Source: a bacterium (GTDB taxonomy: Bacteria > Patescibacteriota > Microgenomatia > Levybacterales > UBA12049). From it: a stretch of 64,000 nucleotides of DNA. The notes under the pieces are model-generated. The model did no database searches, was not told the DNA's origin, and was given only the letters and a program-made list of their open reading frames with translations. Shown one piece after another: positions 47,919 to 56,983 of the stretch (position 1 is the stretch's first letter; every line of letters begins with the position of its first letter). Where the stretch lies: contig JAKALS010000001.1 in NCBI GenBank assembly GCA_021813145.1, positions 3,515-67,514 on the forward strand, written 5' to 3'. A program made the position numbers and the translations under genes.

Positions 47919-48513
47919 TATGTTTCAAAGACCTGTTGCTCTTATTCTGCTTATATTATCCCTGCCGTTTCTTACTGTATTTTTTATCCTGATAAAAATT
48001 TCCTCAAAAGGCCCGTTTATCTTCAAGCAAAAAAGAACGGGTAAGGGCAAAAAAGTTTTTACCATGTATAAAATAAGGACAATGGTGGACAAGGCTGAAG
48101 GCCTTAAGAAGAAATACAAAAAACTAAACGAAGTTGACGGGCCCGTTTTTAAGATAAAGGACGATCCCAGGTTTACAAAAGTAGGGAAAATCCTTTCCTA
48201 TACGGGCTTGGACGAACTCCCGCAATTTTTTAATGTTTTAAAAGGCGATATGGCATTCGTTGGGCCGAGGCCTTTGCCTGTCGATGAGGCAAAAAAGGTA
48301 CCAAAAAAATACGGGGAAAGATTTAGCGTATTGCCCGGTATAACTTCGCCCTGGGTTGTAGGGGGCCAGCACAGGCTTAAATTCAGGGAGTGGATGGAGC
48401 TGGATGTAGAATATTCGAAAAGAAGATCTAGGGCTTATGACTTACGAATATCATTATTGACGTTTTTGCTGATACTAAAACTGATCGGAAGAAAGTTTTT
48501 GGGAAAGGCATAG
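47911..48513 (+). CDS. bacterial sugar transferase (polyprenyl-phosphate hexose-1-phosphate transferase, WbaP/PglC-like)
   Basis: Single N-terminal transmembrane segment. GPVFKIKDDPRFTKVGKILSYTGLDELPQFFNVLKGDMAFVGPRP is the family hallmark. Confidence 0.8.
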   Translation: MFSMFQRPVALILLILSLPFLTVFFILIKISSKGPFIFKQKRTGKGKKVFTMYKIRTMVDKAEGLKKKYKKLNEVDGPVFKIKDDPRFTKVGKILSYTGLDELPQFFNVLKGDMAFVGPRPLPVDEAKKVPKKYGERFSVLPGITSPWVVGGQHRLKFREWMELDVEYSKRRSRAYDLRISLLTFLLILKLIGRKFLGKA

Positions 48514-48516
48514 CTT

Positions 48517-49332
48517 ATGGAAAAAATATATCTTAATATCTGCGGTTTTAATATTCTTTTAAAAGTTCATTACACCGATCAGCCCTATCATCTTGATAAT
48601 TTTGTCGGAATGGTTAAAAAAAACTATTCGGGTTTTATTAAAAGGGGAAAGGGAAAGGTTGATTTTACGGTTCATGTGGATTACACGGGCTCCGTCCTTT
48701 TAAAAATAGATAAAAAAAAGAACTCCGAAGTGGAGTATTTTGATATGAGGTCCTCCTATCTGGATATCCCCAAAAGGACACTTTTTTTTAATAATCCTCC
48801 CGGGGGATTAGATTTCGAATTTGGGCTTTCCATAATCTTAAATAAATATCTTATTCCCAACAGTAACGGTATGGCTCTTCACGGTTCGGCGGTTTCGTAT
48901 AAAAATAAAGCATTTATTTTTGAAGGAAGAAACGGGGCCGGGAAATCAACAACAGCCCAGATGCTCAACGGTCTTTGCAATATTTCTGCGGACGATTCGA
49001 TAGTTATAAGAAAGATAAAAGGAAGATTTTACCTGTTCCAGACAATAATCCACGATAAAAACTATAATTTTAAAAAGGGATGGCAGTCCTATACGGTAGA
49101 CAGGATCTTTTTCATAAAGAAGGCAAAAGAATACAAAATTCAAAAGATAGAAAACAAAAATATGATCTTAAACAAGATCTTAAAACAGATTTTTACATAT
49201 CCCGATATGATTAAAAGACAGTTTCCTTTACTGGTGGAGTTTGCAAACACAAAAGATTTTTATTATCTTTATGTAAAGAAAGACGAGAAAGAATTCAAAA
49301 AGTTTTTTAAAAAAGAAATTTTAAAGATATGA
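48517..49332 (+). CDS. HPr-kinase-like putative peptide kinase (third paralog)
   Basis: ALHGSAVSYKNKAFIFEGRNGAGKSTTAQMLNGLCNISADD is collinear with the P-loop region of 29489-30286. Confidence 0.55.
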   Translation: MEKIYLNICGFNILLKVHYTDQPYHLDNFVGMVKKNYSGFIKRGKGKVDFTVHVDYTGSVLLKIDKKKNSEVEYFDMRSSYLDIPKRTLFFNNPPGGLDFEFGLSIILNKYLIPNSNGMALHGSAVSYKNKAFIFEGRNGAGKSTTAQMLNGLCNISADDSIVIRKIKGRFYLFQTIIHDKNYNFKKGWQSYTVDRIFFIKKAKEYKIQKIENKNMILNKILKQIFTYPDMIKRQFPLLVEFANTKDFYYLYVKKDEKEFKKFFKKEILKI

Positions 49333-49589
49333 AATACAAAGTAAATAAAGGTTTTATAATTCAAAAAGTAGGGGATAGTTCGACGATTTTTGACGGGGAA
49401 AAATCGGAACTTTATACTTTTAATAAAACTGCTACCTTGATTTTTGAAAAAATAAAGTCAGGCTGGGAAAGCGCAAAAATAATTGAATATCTTTCAAAAT
49501 TTTATTCGATTAAAAAAGAAGAGGCGGAAAAAGATTTTAACGAATTTGTATCCGAACTTATAAAATCAAAGATTCTTTCTAAAAAATAA
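49329..49589 (+). CDS. PqqD-family RiPP recognition element (RRE) protein
   Basis: 86 aa. FNKTATLIFEKIKSGWESAKIIEYLSKFYSIKKEEAEKDFNEFVSELIKSKIL follows the PqqD pattern LNETAAxIxELxDG..t..eIi..L...y.v..e....Dv..fl..L...gli. ATGA-coupled to the upstream kinase-like gene. Confidence 0.65.
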   Translation: MKYKVNKGFIIQKVGDSSTIFDGEKSELYTFNKTATLIFEKIKSGWESAKIIEYLSKFYSIKKEEAEKDFNEFVSELIKSKILSKK

Positions 49590-50801
49590 TTTCTCCCGGA
49601 TTTTCTTTTCAACAACCCAATATACGGAATAGACGACTTCTTTATTTGTAAATACAAAAGCCTTTCTGTAAAAAGGGAGAGGGGAGAGGAAAAAAATTGT
49701 CTTGAACCTTTTTACGCCTCCCGTTACTCTTTCGTCCTGGTTAAGTATGTCTATTCCCCTAATCATTTTATTCATATATCCGTTTTTTTCCGGCTTAATT
49801 TTGTTTAAAACGGAAGAGGGAACGGGAGTCTTGTAATACTTTTTAAGAAGAAAAAGAGCGGGGTAAATAAAATTTTCAAGTTTATATTCTTTTATGATCC
49901 TTAGAGCGTTTTCTCCGATTTTATCTTTTTTAATTACGGTGTTTATAAATTCATAACGGTAAGTTCCTTCAAAATTATGGTGAAAAAGGTGAAGGCAAAG
50001 GTAAACGGCAAGATTATCTTTTGAAAGAACGGGAAAATTCTCTCCGTTTACCGTTATTTGTCTTTTGCTATTTAAAAAGTCCGAAGTAAGAGAGTCTACG
50101 AGTTTTTGCGGATAAAGGCTATTCAACTCGCCAAGCTGTGTCATTAAAAAAACAATTTCGAAATGTACGTCAAAAACCACGGCAAATCCGTTTACGTATT
50201 TTATAAAAGTTATTTCCGATTCCTTGTTTTTTAACTGCTTATGCTTTTTGGAAAGGCTGTCTTCGGTTTGCTCATATCCGAATTCTTTTAAAATCCTTTT
50301 AACTTTATTAAAATCGTTTCTTTTAACAAGTATGTCGCAGTCGGCGTAAATTCTCCTGGGGTGGGTCTTTTCGAAATATAAATGAAGGGGAAGGCCCTTT
50401 AGAAAAACAACGTCTATGCCTTTTTTCTCCAGGATTTTTTTAATTTTTATTATTTCCAAAAAATAGAGGCTGGACTGCATAAGATAGAGACTTTCGGGGC
50501 TGAATATTTCTTTACCCCTTTTAACATTTTCCACAATCCCGAGTATGTTTTTTGCCGAAACTCTTTTATCGGAAGTATGGTTGTTATCGCCTTTGGTTAT
50601 AACATAGTCTTTGCCTTTATAAATTACTCTGTGGGTAAAATAAGTATTGCCGTTTTTTACCGTTATTATGTCGTTGGTTTTAATTCTTTTAAAGGGGATT
50701 TTTTTAAGGTATAAAATATCCCCGTCCAAAAGAAGGGGATACATGCTGTTGCCGAAAGTCTTAAGCCCTCTTTTTAAGAAATCTCTATTATTTATATCCA
50801 T
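49566..50801 (-). CDS. fusion protein: N-terminal S24/S26 (signal-peptidase-I / LexA-like) serine peptidase domain plus C-terminal uncharacterised nucleotidyltransferase (NTP_transf_5-like) domain
   Basis: GNSMYPLLLDGDIL (Ser box), FTHRVIYKGKDYVITKGDNNHTSDKR (Lys/GDN boxes). VVFLKGLPLHLYF...RRIYADCDILV in the C-terminal domain. Confidence 0.5.
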   Translation of the reverse strand: MDINNRDFLKRGLKTFGNSMYPLLLDGDILYLKKIPFKRIKTNDIITVKNGNTYFTHRVIYKGKDYVITKGDNNHTSDKRVSAKNILGIVENVKRGKEIFSPESLYLMQSSLYFLEIIKIKKILEKKGIDVVFLKGLPLHLYFEKTHPRRIYADCDILVKRNDFNKVKRILKEFGYEQTEDSLSKKHKQLKNKESEITFIKYVNGFAVVFDVHFEIVFLMTQLGELNSLYPQKLVDSLTSDFLNSKRQITVNGENFPVLSKDNLAVYLCLHLFHHNFEGTYRYEFINTVIKKDKIGENALRIIKEYKLENFIYPALFLLKKYYKTPVPSSVLNKIKPEKNGYMNKMIRGIDILNQDERVTGGVKRFKTIFFLSPLPFYRKAFVFTNKEVVYSVYWVVEKKIREKLFFRKNL

Positions 50802-50852
50802 TCTTTTGAATATTCTAGCATAAGGATAAACGAAGTAGTAAAATAAGCCGTA

Positions 50853-52673
50853 ATGGCAGGCCTTATTAAAAATGAAAGGATAGGTAAAATCCTTGGGACG
50901 GCAAAAACCTCAAAACGCCTTCTTTTGTTTTTGTGGAAAATTGACAAGCCACTTTTTTTGACAAGTTTTATCGTTGCCGTTGTTCCCGCGTTTATTCCTT
51001 TTGCGAATGCGTACATTTACAAATTGATAATCGATTTTATAGTTTCTTCTTTCGGGAAGCCTAACGTAAGTCTTTCTTTCCTTTTTATTTTAATGGGTTT
51101 TCGTCTCGGCACCTTTGTTTTGCAGGAAGTATTTTTTTCTTTGCAAAGTTATGTAGATCTTTTGGTATGGACAAAACTTCCGGTTGAGCTTTACAGAGTT
51201 GTACTTTTAAAACTTTCGGAACTGAATTTACAGTATTTTGAGGACAGCAACTTTAAAGACATGCTCCAACGCGTAAAAGAAAGCTATACATGGAGGCCTC
51301 TTAATATGATCTCTGCCCTTTTTTATACCATGCAAAGCCTTACAGGCCTTATTCTTGCAGTTTTAATAATTGCCACCCTAAATATTTTCCTCGGACTTTT
51401 TATTCTTTTGATAGCCGTTCCCGTATTCTTTAACCAGACAAAGTATGCAAAAACAATATGGGGTCTATGGGAAGAGCATTCTCCGTACAGAAAAAAATTC
51501 TGGTATATATCCGACCTTATCCAAAACGGACAGAGCGCAAAAGAGATGAAGATTTTCCAGACAGCAAAAAATTTTATAGGCGAACTGGACAAAATACAAA
51601 AAAAGTTTGTGAGCCAAAATTCCAAAGTCGGGAAAAGAAGATTTTTAACGACAATGATTTTTGACATAGGCGGAATAGTTGTTTATTTTGCCATAGAACT
51701 TTTTATAGTCCTTTTAACTGTAGCCGGAAAGATTACCCTCGGAAGCCTTACTTACTTTACTTTTGTAGTGGCAAACTTCCAGCAGGCTGTTAACGGACTA
51801 TTCAGGAATATGTCCCAGGTCTATACACAAACTCTTTTTGTCGAGGATATATTTAGGGTCCTTGACGCAAAGCCCACTATTACAACTTCTAAAAGAGCCG
51901 TAAAGCAGGATATACATAAAGCTCCTTTAATAGAATTTAAAAATGTCAATTTTTCCTATCCCGGATCCAAAAAAGCCGTGCTAAAGAATTTTTCCCTTAA
52001 GATTAATCCCGGAGAAAAAGTGGCATTTGTAGGCGAAAACGGCGCCGGTAAGACAACAATAGTAAAACTTTTGGCACGTTTTTATGATACAGATTCGGGG
52101 GAAATACTTATAAACGGCATCAATATAAAAGATATAGACCTTGTTTCCTGGTACAGGACTTTGGGGGTTATTTTTCAGGATTTTATAAAGTACGAATATA
52201 CCCTGCGGGAAAATATTTATTTCGGAAAGACTTTTGAAAAGGAAGACATAAAAGAAATCAGAAAGGCGGCGGGAAAGTCCGGTGCCGATAAGGTGGCAAA
52301 CAGTCTTGAAAAAGGATACGAACAGATTCTGGGAAAAACATTCGAAGGCGGCGCGGACCTATCGGTGGGAGAGTGGCAAAAAGTGGCACTTGCAAGGGCT
52401 TTTTTCCGTAACGCCCCCGTCCTTATTCTGGACGAGCCTACTTCTGCCATTGATCCGAAGTCCGAAAACGAGATATTCGAAAAAGTGGAGGATTTGGGTA
52501 AAAACAAGACAGTCCTTATTATTTCCCACAGGTTTTCAACAGTTAGAAACGCGGATACGATTTATGTAATAGAAAAAGGAAGAATAAAAGAGGCGGGAAA
52601 CCACGAAAAGTTAATGAAACAAAAAGGGATTTACGAAAAGCTTTTTACGATACAGGCCAAAAGGTACAGATAA
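50853..52673 (+). CDS. ABC transporter, fused permease/ATPase (type I exporter, MsbA-like) with an atypical signature motif
   Basis: Six N-terminal transmembrane segments. Walker A GENGAGKTT. Signature LSVGEWQK instead of LSGGQ. Walker B ILDEPTSAID. Confidence 0.8.
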   Translation: MAGLIKNERIGKILGTAKTSKRLLLFLWKIDKPLFLTSFIVAVVPAFIPFANAYIYKLIIDFIVSSFGKPNVSLSFLFILMGFRLGTFVLQEVFFSLQSYVDLLVWTKLPVELYRVVLLKLSELNLQYFEDSNFKDMLQRVKESYTWRPLNMISALFYTMQSLTGLILAVLIIATLNIFLGLFILLIAVPVFFNQTKYAKTIWGLWEEHSPYRKKFWYISDLIQNGQSAKEMKIFQTAKNFIGELDKIQKKFVSQNSKVGKRRFLTTMIFDIGGIVVYFAIELFIVLLTVAGKITLGSLTYFTFVVANFQQAVNGLFRNMSQVYTQTLFVEDIFRVLDAKPTITTSKRAVKQDIHKAPLIEFKNVNFSYPGSKKAVLKNFSLKINPGEKVAFVGENGAGKTTIVKLLARFYDTDSGEILINGINIKDIDLVSWYRTLGVIFQDFIKYEYTLRENIYFGKTFEKEDIKEIRKAAGKSGADKVANSLEKGYEQILGKTFEGGADLSVGEWQKVALARAFFRNAPVLILDEPTSAIDPKSENEIFEKVEDLGKNKTVLIISHRFSTVRNADTIYVIEKGRIKEAGNHEKLMKQKGIYEKLFTIQAKRYR

Positions 52674-52674
52674 T

Positions 52675-53409
52675 TTATTTTCTTCTTCTTGAGGTTTTTT
52701 TACTGTTGCTCCACAAAAGCGCCAAAAGCAGCATTGCTACAATTATTAAGAAAATCAGCGCAAAGACCTTTTGTGTATATAAAGAAGGTCCCGATGATGT
52801 TGTTTTTGCGGGAACATAGGTTCCCGGAGTGGGAGGAGTAAGCGAAGAATCATTTTTGGCAATAATTTTATTTATTCCGACCATAAAAGCACTGTCCTGA
52901 ATCGGGATTTGAGTGTTTAAAAGAATATGTCCCGTAAAGCTTTTTGAATTCGCAACGTCGATATTTCCCACGGAACCCATGGGATAGAAGTATGTGTTTG
53001 TCCCAACATAGTTGTTGTAAACCTGGGCAGAAATTTGATTAGAAGGTGTAACTACTTTCCCCTTTGAATTTATAAAGACCAGGTAGTACGAGGCAATAGG
53101 AGACTGGTCTTTTGGGAGAATTGTCTTAAGTTTGTCCCAGTTTCCTTCGAACACATATACGTTTACATTATCGTTAAAGCTTTGAGGCGGAACGGTAATT
53201 GTTGTAAACGGAAAAAGATTTATTGTTTTAGGCGAAGTTTCCCCGTACTGTATAAAGCTTGTGGCAACGGGTTTTGTCATGTCAAAAAGAGGATTATTCG
53301 GAATGGTTGCGGGAGGAGTCTGTGCAAAGGAAGTTTTTCCCAAAAGCAGGAAGGCAAGTATGAGAGGTAAAACTACAAGCAATTTTATTTTTTTCATGCT
53401 CTTATTCAA
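52675..53409 (-). CDS. hypothetical secreted protein with a C-terminal transmembrane anchor and basic tail
   Basis: Signal peptide KIKLLVVLPLILAFLLLG. C-terminal VFALIFLIIVAMLLLALLW followed by SNSKKTSRRRK. Confidence 0.45.
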   Translation of the reverse strand: MNKSMKKIKLLVVLPLILAFLLLGKTSFAQTPPATIPNNPLFDMTKPVATSFIQYGETSPKTINLFPFTTITVPPQSFNDNVNVYVFEGNWDKLKTILPKDQSPIASYYLVFINSKGKVVTPSNQISAQVYNNYVGTNTYFYPMGSVGNIDVANSKSFTGHILLNTQIPIQDSAFMVGINKIIAKNDSSLTPPTPGTYVPAKTTSSGPSLYTQKVFALIFLIIVAMLLLALLWSNSKKTSRRRK

Positions 53410-53441
53410 TTAAACCCTGTAGAAAACTTTTTGTCAAGGTG

Positions 53442-53470
53442 TTGCGTTTGGAAAGAAGTTTTTGTATAAT
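53442..53470 (+). promoter_or_regulatory. sigma-70-like promoter for rpsB-tsf (TTGCGT-17-TATAAT), followed by a structured leader of about 120 nt
   Basis: TTGCGT at 53442-53447, 17-nt spacer, TATAAT at 53465-53470. Downstream inverted repeats catccgt...acggatg and gctcc...ggagc. Confidence 0.4.
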
Positions 53471-53594
53471 TCCATTATCACTCACATCCGTTGCGTGTCC
53501 CTGTGAGCATAGAACTCATTATTACGGATGGAGGAAAAACCCTCCTTCGCTCCAGCACTTCGGAGCTACGGAAGGGTAAAGGGAACAAATTCAT

Positions 53595-54473
53595 ATGAGA
53601 GAAATAACGCTTGAAGAGTTATTGGAAGCAGGATGCCATTTCGGGCATCAGGTAACAAGGTCAAACCCTAAGGCAAGGGATTTTGTTTTTGAAGCAAGAG
53701 ACAATATTCAGATAATAGACTTGGCAAAAACAAAAGAAGGCCTTGATAACGCAGCCGCATATATTAAAGAGCTAGGTAAAAAAGGAAAAACCTTACTGGT
53801 GGTTGCCACTAAAAGGCAGGCGCAGGGGATAGTTAACGAAGAAATAGCCAGAGCAAAAGAATTACTCAAAGACGGAAAATCAGGCCAGGGAGACGGCCTA
53901 TATTATGTTACAAATAGATGGATTGGGGGGATACTTACAAACCTTCCCGAAGTTTCAAAGAACTTTAAGAAATTAAAAGACCTTAAGGCAAATTTGGCGT
54001 CTCCCGAGGAAAAGGCAAAGTATACAAAAAGAGAAGTCGGCCTTTGGGAAAAGGAAATACAAAGACTCGAAGCTCTCTACGGGGGAATATCTGAACTTAA
54101 AGAAAAACCCGACGCAATGTTTGTTATAGATTCCCATCTGGAAGAGCTTGCTATTAAAGAGGCAGCTAATATGGGGGTAACGACGGTTGCAATCGTTGAC
54201 ACAAATGCAGACCCTTATATTATTGATTATCCCATTCCTGCAAACGACGATGCGGTCGGTTCTATAAAACTTATTGCCTCTTATATAATGGATGCCTGGG
54301 TTGAGGGAAGAAAAGACTTTGAGTCTTCCCTGGCTAAAGCTTCACAGGAAAAAGAAAAAGAAGAAGTAAAGCCAAAGAAAGCGGAATCTAAAGAAAAGAA
54401 AGAAGAAAAAAAAGAGGCTAAAGAAAAAACAAAAAGTACACCTAAAAAGGAAACGAAAACTTCAAAAAAATAA
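53595..54473 (+). CDS. rpsB: 30S ribosomal protein S2 with a Lys/Glu-rich C-terminal extension
   Basis: LEAGCHFGHQVTRSNPK, VDTNADPY. The tail is KEKEEVKPKK-rich. Confidence 0.9.
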   Translation: MREITLEELLEAGCHFGHQVTRSNPKARDFVFEARDNIQIIDLAKTKEGLDNAAAYIKELGKKGKTLLVVATKRQAQGIVNEEIARAKELLKDGKSGQGDGLYYVTNRWIGGILTNLPEVSKNFKKLKDLKANLASPEEKAKYTKREVGLWEKEIQRLEALYGGISELKEKPDAMFVIDSHLEELAIKEAANMGVTTVAIVDTNADPYIIDYPIPANDDAVGSIKLIASYIMDAWVEGRKDFESSLAKASQEKEKEEVKPKKAESKEKKEEKKEAKEKTKSTPKKETKTSKK

Positions 54474-54495
54474 TTTTGAATTATAAATTAAGCTT

Positions 54496-54948
54496 ATGGC
54501 AGATATAAAACTCATTAAACAATTAAGGGAAGAAACACAGGCTTCCATTTCGGACATAAAAATGGCGCTTGAGGAGTCGAAAGGGGACTCAAAAAATGCA
54601 ATAGAGTGGCTTAAAAAAAGAGGCCTCGAAAAAGCCGAGAAAAAAACAGGAAGGGAAACAGGGGAAGGGCTGGTGGAAGCATACATCCACCAAAATGGAA
54701 AAGTGGGAGTGTTGGTTGAGCTTTTGTGCGAAACGGATTTCGTTGCAAGAACGGAAGAATTTAAAAAATTAGCCCACGAGGTAGCAATGCAGGTAGCTGC
54801 CATGGATCCTAAAAACGTGGACGCTTTGCTTAAGCAGGAATATATAAGAGACAATTCTCAGACAATAGAACAGCTTGTGAAAGGCGTAATAGGAAAACTC
54901 GGAGAGAACATTAAGATCAACAGCTTTTCAAGAATAGAAATCAAATAA
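54496..54948 (+). CDS. tsf: elongation factor Ts (short form)
   Basis: IKQLREETQASISDIKMALEE UBA-like N-terminus. LVELLCETDFVART. Confidence 0.85.
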   Translation: MADIKLIKQLREETQASISDIKMALEESKGDSKNAIEWLKKRGLEKAEKKTGRETGEGLVEAYIHQNGKVGVLVELLCETDFVARTEEFKKLAHEVAMQVAAMDPKNVDALLKQEYIRDNSQTIEQLVKGVIGKLGENIKINSFSRIEIK

Positions 54949-55050
54949 AATCTCATTTTTTATTCCTCTTAACAAATTTCAAATTCCTGAATGTAAATAA
55001 AAATTTAGCAGAATTGTAATTATTTAAATTAATTGCTATTATTTCTGTGT

Positions 55051-55614
55051 ATGAATCCGAATACGGTAGACAACGCAAGGGGACAGATGCAAAAAATAAT
55101 AGAGGTCTTAAAAACAGACCTTTCTACAGTCAGAACAGGCAGGGCAACTCCCTCCCTAGTAGAGAATATAGTTATTAACGCATATCAGGGAACTGCAAGA
55201 ATGCGTGTTGTAGAGCTTGCGCATGTTGCCGTCTCGGATCCCCAGACGCTTTTGATTACTCCTTTTGACCCTTCAATAACAGGGGAGATTAATAAGGGAA
55301 TACAGGAAGCAAATATCGGTTTTACTCCCGTTATAGACGGAGAGAAAATAAGAATTTCCATTCCTCTGCTTTCCGAGGAAAGAAGGCAGGAGCTTGTTCA
55401 TCTTGTAAATCAAAAGCTCGAGGGCGGAAAAATTCAGGTAAGACAGACAAGGCACGAAGCAATGACGGAAGTTAAAAAAATGCTCGATAACAAAGAGATT
55501 TCCGAAGACGACCAGCAAAGACTTGAAAAAGAAATTCAAAAATTAACAGACGACACAATAGCAGAAATTGACACTTTAGGAAAGAAAAAAGAAGAAGAGC
55601 TAATGGCCGTATAG
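55051..55614 (+). CDS. frr: ribosome recycling factor
   Basis: RTGRATPSLVENIVINAYQG. ORF-track start at 55033 is TTG, and the ATG at 55051 is preferred. Confidence 0.85.
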   Translation: MNPNTVDNARGQMQKIIEVLKTDLSTVRTGRATPSLVENIVINAYQGTARMRVVELAHVAVSDPQTLLITPFDPSITGEINKGIQEANIGFTPVIDGEKIRISIPLLSEERRQELVHLVNQKLEGGKIQVRQTRHEAMTEVKKMLDNKEISEDDQQRLEKEIQKLTDDTIAEIDTLGKKKEEELMAV

Positions 55615-55701
55615 TTTATTTGGTGCGATTACGGCTAATCCTTTCCTCATGAATTCGGAAATCTTTAATCTTCAATGATATTCTGGTATACTCACTAGGT
55701 T

Positions 55702-56820
55702 ATGTTAGTCACGGTAATAATTTTCATAGTCATCCTCTCGGTTCTTGTTTTAATACACGAAGCAGGACATTTCTTTGTCGCAAAATTTTTCGGAATAAAA
55801 GTGGAAGAATTCGGTTTCGGTCTGCCGCCACGAGCTTTCGGGATAAAAAGGGGAGAGACAATATATTCAATTAACTGGCTTCCTATAGGAGGATTTGTAA
55901 AACTTTACGGTGAAGACGAAGCAGGAACAGGAGCAGTGAGTATAAAAGAGCAAAAAGTGAGCAAAAAAGACAGAGAAAGAGCCTTTTTTGCTAAACCCGT
56001 ATGGCAAAGAGCTTTGGTTGTTTTAGCCGGAGTAGTAATGAATTTTGTTCTTGCAGTTGCAATAATCTCCATTTTATTTTCCGCGGTGGGAATACAAACA
56101 GGAGGAAACAAGGTTATTGTTACCCAGGTAATCCCTAATTCTCCCGCGCAAAAAGCAGGCCTTAAAGTCGGAGATACGATTGAAGCAATTAATAATACGG
56201 CAGTCTCAAGCCCAGGCCAACTGGTTACAATAACAAGAGGACACCTCGGCCAAAAACTTACTTTAAGGGTATTAACTACAAAGGATAAACAGGAGATATT
56301 GGAAGTAACGCCAAGAAAAAATTATCCTCCCGACCAGGGACCTATGGGTGTTGCTATTTCCCAAAATATTATTATTAAAAAATATCCATGGTATGAAGCT
56401 CCATTCGTAGGCACAAGCCAAGCCCTTAGTGAGTCCTGGCTGATACTCTCGGGACTTGGGATGGTTGTGGTACAGCTTTTTACAAAAGCGTCGGTTCCTT
56501 CGGGAGTTGCGGGGCCTGTCGGAATTGCCGAACTAACAGGGACTTTTGTCCAGCTGGGTCTCCCGGCTCTGCTTTCTTTCGTTTCACTTTTATCTCTTAA
56601 CCTTGCTATTCTTAATATTTTGCCGATTCCAGCCCTTGACGGAGGAAGACTATTCTTTATCCTTGTTGAGGGAATAACAAGAAGAAAAGTAGACCAGAGA
56701 GTTGAGTCTTATGCTCATGCAATCGGCATGGCTGTTCTTCTTCTCATAATAGCGCTAATAACCCTCCACGACATTATAAGGCTTATAAGCGGACAGCCTA
56801 TTCTTCAGATTCCAAAGTAA
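55702..56820 (+). CDS. rseP: RIP site-2 metalloprotease (RseP/YaeL family) with a PDZ domain
   Basis: HEAGHFFVAKF (HExxH), PDZ segment GLKVGDTIEAINN, NILPIPALDGGRL. Confidence 0.85.
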   Translation: MLVTVIIFIVILSVLVLIHEAGHFFVAKFFGIKVEEFGFGLPPRAFGIKRGETIYSINWLPIGGFVKLYGEDEAGTGAVSIKEQKVSKKDRERAFFAKPVWQRALVVLAGVVMNFVLAVAIISILFSAVGIQTGGNKVIVTQVIPNSPAQKAGLKVGDTIEAINNTAVSSPGQLVTITRGHLGQKLTLRVLTTKDKQEILEVTPRKNYPPDQGPMGVAISQNIIIKKYPWYEAPFVGTSQALSESWLILSGLGMVVVQLFTKASVPSGVAGPVGIAELTGTFVQLGLPALLSFVSLLSLNLAILNILPIPALDGGRLFFILVEGITRRKVDQRVESYAHAIGMAVLLLIIALITLHDIIRLISGQPILQIPK

Positions 56821-56983
56821 AAGGGGTAGCATTCAATCTTTTGATCCTTCTTCCATTAGCTGGAAGACAAGATGCTCCGGTTCATAAAATTCAAATTCTC
56901 CCTCGGCAGTGCGCCTGAAGACCTGATACAGGGGGCATAATTCTCTTGTTGGGAGGCAAATACAACAGACAATCCTTTAAAAA

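Noticed and set aside
50792-52569. Small ORFs 50792-51016 (-), 51323-51667 (-), 51458-51664 (+), 52217-52507 (-) and 52282-52569 (+), considered as possible precursor peptides for the second RiPP-like locus
   Set aside because: All lie inside the ABC transporter gene on either strand and have no Cys/Ser-rich core or leader-like features. No cis precursor identified.
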